Made by a program: the position numbers and the translations under genes. Below, one piece after another: positions 34,593-40,681 of a stretch of 40,681 bases of DNA; within the stretch, counting starts at the first letter, position 1, and every line of letters begins with the position of its first letter. The stretch is from a virus, in the IMG/VR virus record IMGVR_UViG_3300019889_000005, positions 1 to 40,681 of that record. One strand, 5' to 3'. The notes beneath the pieces were generated by a model. It did not search any database and was not told where the DNA came from. It was given only the letters and a program-made list of their open reading frames with translations.

Positions 34593-34739
34593 TCATAATT
34601 GCGATGTTTGATACAATAAATATAAAGACACTGCAAATGCTGTTATGGTAAAGAGTACATAGGCTATTAAAAATACCCAAAAACGTAAATTACTACCGGA
34701 GGATGCCCATTGCGTTAAACGGTCGTGCCAGTGTTTCAT
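34593..34739 (-). CDS. Small membrane protein (48 aa)
   Basis: Below the track cutoff. The sequence is MKHWHDRLTQWASSGSNLRFWVFLIAYVLFTITAFAVSLYLLYQTSQL, and its ATG overlaps the previous stop (ATGA). Confidence 0.4.
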   Translation of the reverse strand: MKHWHDRLTQWASSGSNLRFWVFLIAYVLFTITAFAVSLYLLYQTSQL

Positions 34740-34969
34740 TTATACAGGCGTTTTAATTCTGAATCGATATATTTTTTCAACTTTTTTACTGCGTTATTTC
34801 TCTCTTCTATCGCGTCAGCAACATACCGGATGCTTTTTCCAACAGAAAGTCTACCGTTATCGATCAGTACAACATAGACAGTTTTTGTTTTACGGCCTGG
34901 ATTTGTTTCAGCCGAATCGAATATATCGTATCCACGGTACACATCTATGATATTTGGGTTCTTGTTCAT
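34736..34969 (-). CDS. Hypothetical protein
   Basis: 77-aa ORF with an ATGA overlap to the regulator gene. Confidence 0.45.
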   Translation of the reverse strand: MNKNPNIIDVYRGYDIFDSAETNPGRKTKTVYVVLIDNGRLSVGKSIRYVADAIEERNNAVKKLKKYIDSELKRLYK

Positions 34970-35673
34970 GTTATGTTATATGGTTTTTTATCGACCATCC
35001 CCCAGCCTTTGTTATTTATAGTCTTTATGTGGATGCCAGTGCCTTTTAAATATCTTCTTATCCTGCAAATTTGAGTGTCAAGGGAGCGGCTATGGAAATA
35101 ATCATCACTATCGCCATAAATGATCTGCATCATCTCCTTCCGGTATACGATCCTGTTGTGAGCGGTAAAGAACACTTCTAATACCTTGCTCTCACTCTTC
35201 GTCAGTGTAAGTGTCGTGCCGTCAGGAAATGTTAGTACCAAGCCTTTCAGCATGCAGTTTTTGAAATTGAATGTTGTCTGATTATGCTTGCCAGTTACGA
35301 GCCACTTCTCACATACCCTGATTTTGCAGACTATTATTTCGTACCCGCAAGTCATGCCCATGTGCATATCGATCCCAGCATCATACAGTGCCAGCCTGGA
35401 TTTCTCTGATTGTTCATAAGAAACACACAGTATCGGTATCATCACATTCTTCAATCTTAGCCTGCGTAACATCTCTATATCAGTCGAAGTAAATGTGGGC
35501 CTGTAAAATACGGCTATTTGGCAGCTATCGATGTTATCGTACACGCCTATTGCATGCTTATATAAATAGCTAGTCAATTCCGATTTTATGCTTCTATCTG
35601 AAGAATTTATATATACGAGCAGAGCAAGTTGTTCGTTTTTCATACAGGAATCTTTTTTTTGAACCGTTTTCAT
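34966..35673 (-). CDS. OmpR/PhoB-type winged-helix transcription regulator with a degenerate, receiver-like N-terminal domain
   Basis: The C-terminus TLTLTKSESKVLEVFFTAHNRIVYRKEMMQIIYG....HSRSLDTQICRIRRYL.....IKTINNKGWGM follows the Trans_reg_C pattern. I prefer the ATG at 35673 (ATGA overlap) over the track start at 35697. Confidence 0.7.
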   Translation of the reverse strand: MKTVQKKDSCMKNEQLALLVYINSSDRSIKSELTSYLYKHAIGVYDNIDSCQIAVFYRPTFTSTDIEMLRRLRLKNVMIPILCVSYEQSEKSRLALYDAGIDMHMGMTCGYEIIVCKIRVCEKWLVTGKHNQTTFNFKNCMLKGLVLTFPDGTTLTLTKSESKVLEVFFTAHNRIVYRKEMMQIIYGDSDDYFHSRSLDTQICRIRRYLKGTGIHIKTINNKGWGMVDKKPYNIT

Positions 35674-35966
35674 AGTCCTATTATTTTTATCCGGCACAGC
35701 CCCGCTCTCTTCATTCTTCGTACCACAGTAAACGGTTTATGATAGATTTGTTTTTCCACTATTTCAGCCCAGCGCCACATATATGCTTCAAAAGCTTCAG
35801 TATCCTCTAGCATTTCTGTAGCTAGTCTCCTAAAATATTTATATTGTTCTGAATAAGCTCTAAAAGATATGACTCCGGTAATTAAATTCCTTAGAAAGTT
35901 ATCACCATCCTGATCATAAAATTTGACAGTTATATTTTTAAGCAGCTTGGTGTTTTTAAGTCTCAC
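35670..35966 (-). CDS. Hypothetical protein
   Basis: 98-aa ORF with a GTG start that overlaps the previous stop (GTGA). Confidence 0.4.
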   Translation of the reverse strand: MRLKNTKLLKNITVKFYDQDGDNFLRNLITGVISFRAYSEQYKYFRRLATEMLEDTEAFEAYMWRWAEIVEKQIYHKPFTVVRRMKRAGLCRIKIIGL

Positions 35967-36190
35967 GGTTTGATATTTATGTTATTTTCCACCATTACTT
36001 TTTTCAACGATTCTATCGTAGTTACATCTTTTGCCAGGATGCCTTTGTTATACGTCCGTAGTTGCCCATGATATATAAGATAGCATACTGTGTCATTTTC
36101 TATTTCTGCTACAGCTATTAATCCTGCCGCATCATCTTCTATTATCATAAAACCCAAATCGATTAAGCATTTATGTGGTATAGTATTCAT
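35963..36190 (-). CDS. Hypothetical protein
   Basis: I prefer the ATG at 36190 (MNTIPHK...). The track start at 36220 lies in the loop of the terminator hairpin. Confidence 0.45.
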   Translation of the reverse strand: MNTIPHKCLIDLGFMIIEDDAAGLIAVAEIENDTVCYLIYHGQLRTYNKGILAKDVTTIESLKKVMVENNINIKP

Positions 36191-36203
36191 AGAGTGCGGA
36201 TTT

Positions 36204-36232
36204 AAAAAGCTCCCGGCCATAACACCGGGAGC
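36204..36232 (-). terminator. Canonical intrinsic terminator immediately upstream of the operon starting at 36190
   Basis: On the minus strand, GCTCCCGG (36232..36225), loop TGTTATGG, CCGGGAGC (36216..36209), then TTTTT. Confidence 0.7.
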
Positions 36233-36403
36233 GAGCCGGATTCAATCAAATAGAAATGCAATACTGAAATTTTAAATAGCCGTTTCTTCCGAATAGCTCC
36301 CGGTTTATTCTCCCAGAGCAGGAGAGTATTTTTTAGTTCTCCAATTGTTACCGGAGGTAGAAACAACCGGTCTAAATCTATGTCAACAATAGGAAAAACT
36401 CAG

Positions 36404-36445
36404 TGGGCTGAACAGGATTCGAACCTATTTGCTCCCAGGCAGCCC
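36404..36445 (-). ncRNA. tRNA-like minihelix (acceptor stem plus T arm only), module 1
   Basis: GGGCTG-c-CTGGGAGCAAAT-ATAGG-TTCGAAT-CCTGT-TCAGCCC-A, followed by CTGAGTTTTT. There is no D arm or anticodon arm. Confidence 0.45.
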
Positions 36446-36531
36446 GATTAAATAAGTCCCCAGACTAAACAGCCAGGGACTATTGTAACCCCTATGAAAA
36501 AATAACCAATAACAATCTTCTACAATAAGCG

Positions 36532-36678
36532 TGGACTGAACAGGATTCGAACCTGTCAAACGAAGCGTGTTTTTTAGCCGTGCATTACTTTGGCTCTGCC
36601 ATTAGTCAGTATGTAACCTGGACGTCCACTACCAGCACTACATGTTCCTTGGCACTTCGTTTGCTACCTAGCCAGCCC
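36532..36678 (-). ncRNA. tRNA-like / tmRNA-TLD-like structured RNA, module 2
   Basis: 5' GGGCTGG pairs with 3' TCAGTCC (giving G3:U70), followed by A73. The T arm is a perfect ACAGG-TTCGAAT-CCTGT. An 8-bp helix AAACGAAG/CTTCGTTT closes an insert of about 90 nt made of nested hairpins. Confidence 0.4.
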
Positions 36679-36704
36679 ATTTGCCGGCGGGGCCATTCCG
36701 GCTG

Positions 36705-36968
36705 TCAAAAAACTACCTTAGGTTTTCTTGTTTTAAGCCCCAAATTTGGCGTTACATAAAATATCAGCTTATGTGCTGTCCTCCTGTAAAATAGCCGGGT
36801 ATCAATCCGCTTAGTGGCCTTCCACGCTATTTTAAAATAAGACGGGTTATGTAGAAACAAATCCCGTGGCTTTTGACCATATCCTATGAAAACCCTATTT
36901 ACATCTACAAGCCTTGCGCTTGTAATTCCTTTATATAAGCTTCTACTTTTCGTAATTGTCCGCGCCAT
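36705..36968 (-). CDS. Hypothetical basic protein (uncertain)
   Basis: 87-aa ORF that overlaps the 3' end of 36905..37363 by 64 nt. Confidence 0.25.
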   Translation of the reverse strand: MARTITKSRSLYKGITSARLVDVNRVFIGYGQKPRDLFLHNPSYFKIAWKATKRIDTRLFYRRTAHKLIFYVTPNLGLKTRKPKVVF

Positions 36969-37363
36969 GTTCCATTAAGAAGTCGAAACGAAGGGCGCAC
37001 ATCTTTTGCTTGCGGGACAACGAAGAAGTCGAATAGTTCGGTCACACTTCCGCATCTCGTCTGATCCATAGCTCTTTCAAAAGCTGCGAATTCTGTATGA
37101 TCAAATCCTAACACTTCTGCTCTATATTCTCTGTGAGATATAATATCCGCAGTCAGATTTTTCCCGGCGATTTTCTGTACAGTACAAGTTGCAGCACAAC
37201 CTAAACATATATCTGCCCGTCCTCTTCGAGCACTGAATAGCGGTGCTCCAAACGTTCCCATATCTACTTTGAAATCTTTTCTTTCATCTTGTTCTCTCAG
37301 TCCGTCTACCATGGCCTGTAATGCTGCGGAAGGTACTTTAAGCGTTTCTTTTATGTTGATCAT
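36905..37363 (-). CDS. Hypothetical protein
   Basis: 152-aa ORF. Confidence 0.5.
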   Translation of the reverse strand: MINIKETLKVPSAALQAMVDGLREQDERKDFKVDMGTFGAPLFSARRGRADICLGCAATCTVQKIAGKNLTADIISHREYRAEVLGFDHTEFAAFERAMDQTRCGSVTELFDFFVVPQAKDVRPSFRLLNGTWRGQLRKVEAYIKELQAQGL

Positions 37364-37504
37364 CAGTTTAAGTTTACTGGTGGTATATCAAAATCGTATT
37401 GTACTAAACTATGTTTGTGCGGTTTTGCAATTCTTTTCTCTGTTATGCCTCCGCGATTATAGAATAATACTAGAACCATCCAGGCAAACAGGCCATTTGA
37501 CAAT

Positions 37505-37756
37505 TTATGTTTTTTCATGGTCGGCCGTATCAAACATCTGCAAAATCGCTAATAATTTTTGTGCTTTTTTACCACCAATGCTGCATTTAAATTCATCTAC
37601 GGGCGGCCCTAGCTCTTCGTGATATAACGGCCCGCAATTTATGTTTTTGATTTTCTTGTTGCCATTAGTGGTATAGAAATAATCAATCTTTATTCTGATC
37701 ATCAGGCTGCCTTTTTTGTCTTTGTATTCGCCAAACCAATTTAAGATTCCCTGCAC
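37505..37756 (-). CDS. Hypothetical early protein
   Basis: 83-aa ORF with a GTG start. See the rejected note on the 42-aa ORF upstream. Confidence 0.35.
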   Translation of the reverse strand: MQGILNWFGEYKDKKGSLMIRIKIDYFYTTNGNKKIKNINCGPLYHEELGPPVDEFKCSIGGKKAQKLLAILQMFDTADHEKT

Positions 37757-37812
37757 AAGCGATTACACCGTCACTGCACGTAATAATAAATACCAACTGT
37801 CCGGTTTTCATA

Positions 37813-38064
37813 TCAAATAGATTTACAAATAACGTATGTGTTTTTACCCATGTTTGTTTCCTGCACTGTCCTATACCGAGTGCCCTTATACACGAATTTA
37901 TTATTCAGCCCAGGAGACCAACGGGCGAAACAATGAAAGGATTTTAATTTGTCGATGATGTAATATACGCGAGTATTACAATATCGTGTACTTCCATCTG
38001 CCATTTTTATTAACGCTGCCACCGTAGAAAATTTAAAAAATAATTGTTTTACAGGCTGGGACAA
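37813..38064 (-). CDS. Hypothetical early protein
   Basis: 83-aa ORF. The alternative ATG at 38004 (MADGSTRY...) avoids overlap. Confidence 0.4.
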   Translation of the reverse strand: MSQPVKQLFFKFSTVAALIKMADGSTRYCNTRVYYIIDKLKSFHCFARWSPGLNNKFVYKGTRYRTVQETNMGKNTYVICKSI

Positions 38065-38251
38065 AGTACCCGCTCTTCACGTCAAATACACTGCGTTCCG
38101 TTCCTACCGGTATCTTGTACATCCTTTTTGCGGCTGCTGTGGCAGTTTTCAGTGTTTTGCCTGTCTGCTGGATAATCTTGTTATCGCAACCTTCGCCAAG
38201 TTCAAATATAACGGCAGCCATGTGTCCTTTTGGTATTTGGTACGTTTTCAT
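38033..38251 (-). CDS. Hypothetical early protein
   Basis: I prefer the ATG at 38251 (MKTYQIPKG...), 11 nt after the upstream stop. Confidence 0.4.
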   Translation of the reverse strand: MKTYQIPKGHMAAVIFELGEGCDNKIIQQTGKTLKTATAAAKRMYKIPVGTERSVFDVKSGYFVPACKTIIF

Positions 38252-38262
38252 AAGATCGCGTT

Positions 38263-38487
38263 TTAATCTATGAATTGTAATTGATCTGCGAAAAATGTGT
38301 ATACCCTGCCGAAACATTCCCCGTTTCTATCTATCCAGCAGCAATGTGCTGTGCGGCCATACGCTCCGGGCCGCCAGTATATTTTTCCGGCTGCTGCCTT
38401 CGCTTCATTTTCCTCCTTCGTTCCGCATTCTCTGCCTTCTTTCACAAAATAAGTTCTACCGCTGGATTTTAAGATCGCTTTTTTCAT
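38263..38487 (-). CDS. Hypothetical early protein, Cys-containing
   Basis: 74-aa ORF with an ATGA overlap to the upstream gene. Confidence 0.4.
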   Translation of the reverse strand: MKKAILKSSGRTYFVKEGRECGTKEENEAKAAAGKIYWRPGAYGRTAHCCWIDRNGECFGRVYTFFADQLQFID

Positions 38488-38699
38488 AAGGCAGTTGTAT
38501 TTTCGGATTTGTAAAGTTCGTAAGCAACGGCGGCTACATCTGCCTTTGTTGTTTTGCCCACCGTCTTATGGCAACGGATTAAGCAGGAGCCTACTATTTC
38601 CGTGATAGTAGTAGGACGATTTGAACTTGCGCCGCTTGTGATTGCCCAGGTTTCTTTGCAGGCAGTTTGAAATTCGTTCCAGGTAAGTAACTTTTTCAT
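38484..38699 (-). CDS. Hypothetical early protein
   Basis: I prefer the ATG at 38699 (MKKLLTWNEF...). Confidence 0.4.
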   Translation of the reverse strand: MKKLLTWNEFQTACKETWAITSGASSNRPTTITEIVGSCLIRCHKTVGKTTKADVAAVAYELYKSENTTAL

Positions 38700-38710
38700 A
38701 AGGTTGCGTT

Positions 38711-38896
38711 TTATAGAATTATCCAATTTTTTGACTGTATAAGTTTATCAACTGCTGTGATGCTGATACATTGTGTATCACTGCCGTCAAAATATACACG
38801 CTTGGCTGTTATCTTAGTTATTTCAATTATTGCATAGCCGGTAATATTACATTCTGTTGCCGCATAGGGTATCTGTATTTTATCGCCTACTTTCAT
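38711..38896 (-). CDS. Hypothetical early protein
   Basis: 61-aa ORF, the first gene after the 38897..39005 gap. Confidence 0.4.
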   Translation of the reverse strand: MKVGDKIQIPYAATECNITGYAIIEITKITAKRVYFDGSDTQCISITAVDKLIQSKNWIIL

Positions 38897-38950
38897 AAGG
38901 TTGTGTTTTTCTTCGTTTGATAAGTCAAATGTACGGCGGGTTTTTGTAAT

Positions 38951-38975
38951 AGCAAAATATTATCCTACTTATTTT
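38951..38975. repeat. Intergenic motif, copy B: AGCAAAATATTATCCTACTTATTTT
   Basis: Shares AGCAAA..TATT.ATCCTACT with copy A at 34527..34550. It lies about 55 nt upstream of the ATG at 38896 and is followed by tandem ATTGCAA-cgta-ATTGCAA (38985..39002). Confidence 0.6.
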
Positions 38976-39005
38976 AAAAAAATTATTGCAACGTAATTGC
39001 AATTT

Positions 39006-39329
39006 CTATCTGGCCAGCTCTATTATAGTAGTATCGTAGAGCGTATCGGTGCCTCTCACCCGGTATTTCCATAGCCAGAGATACTTAGTGCCATTTACGC
39101 GCTCTTCCAGGTCTATACGACCAATTATGGACTTGGCTGGGGTAAACATACTATCTATTATATACACGGTCTGTATTGCCACACTATCAGCCTTACGTTG
39201 GATCAGCCTTTTCAGTATCATAGTATCCATCGCCGGAGAAAGAGCATTGCCGTATATTTTAGAATACTGACCGGTAGAACCGGCAAACAAGAAAGGCGAG
39301 ATGCACAGTAATATAAATAGTCTTCTCAT
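39006..39329 (-). CDS. Secreted small protein (signal peptide); possible outer spanin-like partner
   Basis: The N-terminus is MRRLFILLCISPFLFAGSTGQ, and there is an ATGA overlap with the upstream TM/coiled-coil gene. Confidence 0.45.
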   Translation of the reverse strand: MRRLFILLCISPFLFAGSTGQYSKIYGNALSPAMDTMILKRLIQRKADSVAIQTVYIIDSMFTPAKSIIGRIDLEERVNGTKYLWLWKYRVRGTDTLYDTTIIELAR

Positions 39330-39601
39330 TGATGAGCGTTTAAGCTATCCAGCTTGGGTTGAATAATTTCCTCTGTCGATTTCCTGAGCGCATTATCCAT
39401 GTACTTATAGATCATTACGCTATCTGCTATTCTTCGTGCTTCCAAAGCATTTATCTGGCTCATGTTACAGTCTTTTAATTCGTTCTGTAGGCGGGTCGTT
39501 TCGGAAGCAAGCCATTTTATTGTCCCTATTAGTGCTACAATGCCGACCCAAATATATTTTCTCCATTTGCCTGCAATGCTAACTTTTTTCGTCTCTTCCA
39601 T
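39326..39601 (-). CDS. Type II membrane protein with a coiled coil (inner spanin-like)
   Basis: A single N-terminal TM segment (YIWVGIVALIGTIKWL) is followed by a helical Glu/Lys/Arg-rich region. Confidence 0.45.
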   Translation of the reverse strand: MEETKKVSIAGKWRKYIWVGIVALIGTIKWLASETTRLQNELKDCNMSQINALEARRIADSVMIYKYMDNALRKSTEEIIQPKLDSLNAHQ

Positions 39602-39974
39602 CCGTATCGCTTAATATCCTATCAGCTATATTCGTCTTTATATCGATTACTTCCAGGAGCCTCTTCTCAGTCTTAGAGAAGAATGCCTGCAGAATACTTG
39701 ATCCCATCCAGCCGACCGATATAAATAGGAGCACTGTCCAATTTTGCAATCCCGGCCTGTAGGCTATTAGCTCTGGCAGTATCAGTACAAATATAAATAC
39801 GGCTGCCACGCTGATCAATATACTGAACCAATCCTCAATGAAGTAATCTTTGAATGAAAATGACAAATTCGCTTTGATACTTCTTTTTCTAAGACTACGT
39901 ATTTTGAGCATAGTGTGGAATATAATTCCAACTAATCCGCAGCCTAAACATTCTAAAAACGTAGTCGCATTCAT
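39579..39974 (-). CDS. Holin-like protein with three TM segments and a charged C-terminus
   Basis: I prefer the ATG at 39974 (MNATTFLEC...), 14 nt after the tailspike stop. The TM segments are LGCGLVGIIFHTML, WFSILISVAAVFIFVLILPELI and WTVLLFISVGWMGSSILQAFF. The C-terminus is ...DTDGRDEKS. Confidence 0.5.
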   Translation of the reverse strand: MNATTFLECLGCGLVGIIFHTMLKIRSLRKRSIKANLSFSFKDYFIEDWFSILISVAAVFIFVLILPELIAYRPGLQNWTVLLFISVGWMGSSILQAFFSKTEKRLLEVIDIKTNIADRILSDTDGRDEKS

Positions 39975-39988
39975 GGCATGTGATTTTT

Positions 39989-40681
39989 TTAAAGGACTGC
40001 TGCCGATGTGTATAAAGATATGATAAACCAAGTCGTACCATTGCACTGTATTGTCATAGAGCTGTATTGAGCTGTTAAAGTTTTACCGGCCGCGTTCCCG
40101 TCTATTGTCTCAGATGCAGCGCCATCCACAATAACATCATTTGCTGCAGCACTTATCTTTTTTATAACATAAATCCTACCTGTACATGTAGCTGCGGCTG
40201 GAAGTGTTATTGTTACTGATCCTGAATTATTGACCAATATGGTATGATGCTCGCCGATGGTCGTATTACCTGTAACTGTTGTAATAGAACGTCCGTTCGA
40301 TCCAACAACCTCAAATTTTGAATTGGGGGTTGTGCCATTCACAATAAAATTACCGACCCCGGTAATACTCAATGTTGCATTTGGATTGTTGATATCAAAA
40401 CGGGTTCCCAGGTGCTGGAAATTCACATCTGATGCGGCTGCTCTTACAAATCTTGCTATAGGCGTAGTGCCGGAAAAAGTACCACTACCTGAAATGTTAA
40501 AATTCGCTGACTGAGCAGTGGTTGTGTTTCTTATGTATGCTGTACTGGTTCCGTCATCCTTAGTAAATGCGGATGCGTTTAAACCATCCAGCAGATCAGC
40601 ATCTAACCCGGAACCCACACCATCATTGCCGCTATGCCATACGGTATTGCCGTTAACGAATAATTTTGCCGTGTTCCCTGG
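39989..40681 (-). CDS. C-terminal part of the same tailspike ORF (unique part 39989..40554). The joined protein is about 922 aa.
   Basis: Position 1 equals position 40555, and both are first codon positions of the same minus frame. The track ORF 39989..40618 merely starts at an internal GTG. The frame is open to the window end and stops at 39989. Confidence 0.85.
   Translation of the reverse strand, partial: PGNTAKLFVNGNTVWHSGNDGVGSGLDADLLDGLNASAFTKDDGTSTAYIRNTTTAQSANFNISGSGTFSGTTPIARFVRAAASDVNFQHLGTRFDINNPNATLSITGVGNFIVNGTTPNSKFEVVGSNGRSITTVTGNTTIGEHHTILVNNSGSVTITLPAAATCTGRIYVIKKISAAANDVIVDGAASETIDGNAAGKTLTAQYSSMTIQCNGTTWFIISLYTSAAVL
40555..40681. repeat. Right copy of the 127-bp direct terminal repeat
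   Basis: Identical to 1..127. Confidence 0.95.

Noticed and set aside
36404-36445. Module 1 as nothing more than an intrinsic terminator for the upstream RNA
   Set aside because: This is plausible, since it has a GC-rich closing stem and TTTTT 6 nt downstream. However, a plain terminator does not explain the exact TTCGAAT T-loop and the 23/24 identity with module 2. It is mentioned in the finding rather than adopted.
36403-36554. The tRNA 3' fragments as the attP of a temperate phage
   Set aside because: I recognised no integrase, excisionase or CI-like repressor anywhere in the closed genome. The idea is not excluded, because a BLAST against host tRNAs would decide it, so it is kept as an alternative inside the finding.
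36532-36678. A bona fide tmRNA gene (tRNA-like domain plus tag reading frame)
   Set aside because: The element is about 147 nt and has no pseudoknot series. The only Ala-initiated internal frame (GCC AAG GAA CAT GTA GTG CTG GTA GTG GAC GTC CAG GTT ACA TAC TGA) gives AKEHVVLVVDVQVTY, which lacks the usual hydrophobic Ala-rich degron end. It is kept as a tRNA-like or TLD-like RNA only.
37505-37811. A possible frameshift joining a 42-aa ORF (ATG 37811, MKTGQLVFIITCSDGVIACAG...) to ORF 37505..37756
   Set aside because: There is no slippery or homopolymer sequence at the junction (gcttgtgcagggaat), and a TAA lies just upstream in the second frame. The two may simply be overlapping small genes, or the first may be spurious. 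This cannot be decided by eye.

Overview
The window is a complete, circularly closed genome of a tailed dsDNA phage. The first and last 127 bp are identical, leaving 40,554 bp unique. It has a siphovirus-like, HK97-type layout and is transcribed almost entirely from the minus strand. Read along the minus strand around the circle, the modules run in this order. (1) A holin-like lysis cassette (39974-39006). (2) An array of small early genes (38896-37505). (3) A 480-bp ORF-free gap with tRNA-like RNA modules and a terminator/antiterminator-like leader (36704-36204). (4) A translationally coupled operon containing an OmpR-type winged-helix regulator (36190-34593). (5) A replication module with a Cas4-like DUF2800 nuclease, a DUF2815 SSB, family A DNA polymerase, AEP/VirE primase-helicase, VRR-NUC and an SNF2 helicase (33573-22954). 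(6) TerS, TerL and portal. (7) A methyltransferase plus glycosyltransferase pair and a Mu-F-like head protein. (8) A 2-kb plus-strand island of small unknown genes. (9) Prohead protease, HK97-fold capsid, connector and neck proteins, tail tube, a G/GT-type chaperone pair with an A_AAA_AAG -1 frameshift site, tape measure, distal tail proteins and a collar-type fibre. (10) A 922-aa beta-helix tailspike whose ORF crosses the window junction. A Bacteroidota host is suggested by the absence of Shine-Dalgarno motifs and by a perfect TAnnTTTG -7 box. I recognised no integrase, repressor, CRISPR array, canonical cloverleaf tRNA or endolysin. The most unusual items are the tRNA-like modules with the adjacent attenuator-like leader, the head-module glycosyltransferase/methyltransferase pair, the pseudo-receiver OmpR-like regulator, the opposite-strand island, and the signal-peptide-bearing tailspike next to a lysis cassette that lacks an endolysin. 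All protein family calls come from reading motifs by eye; no searches were run.
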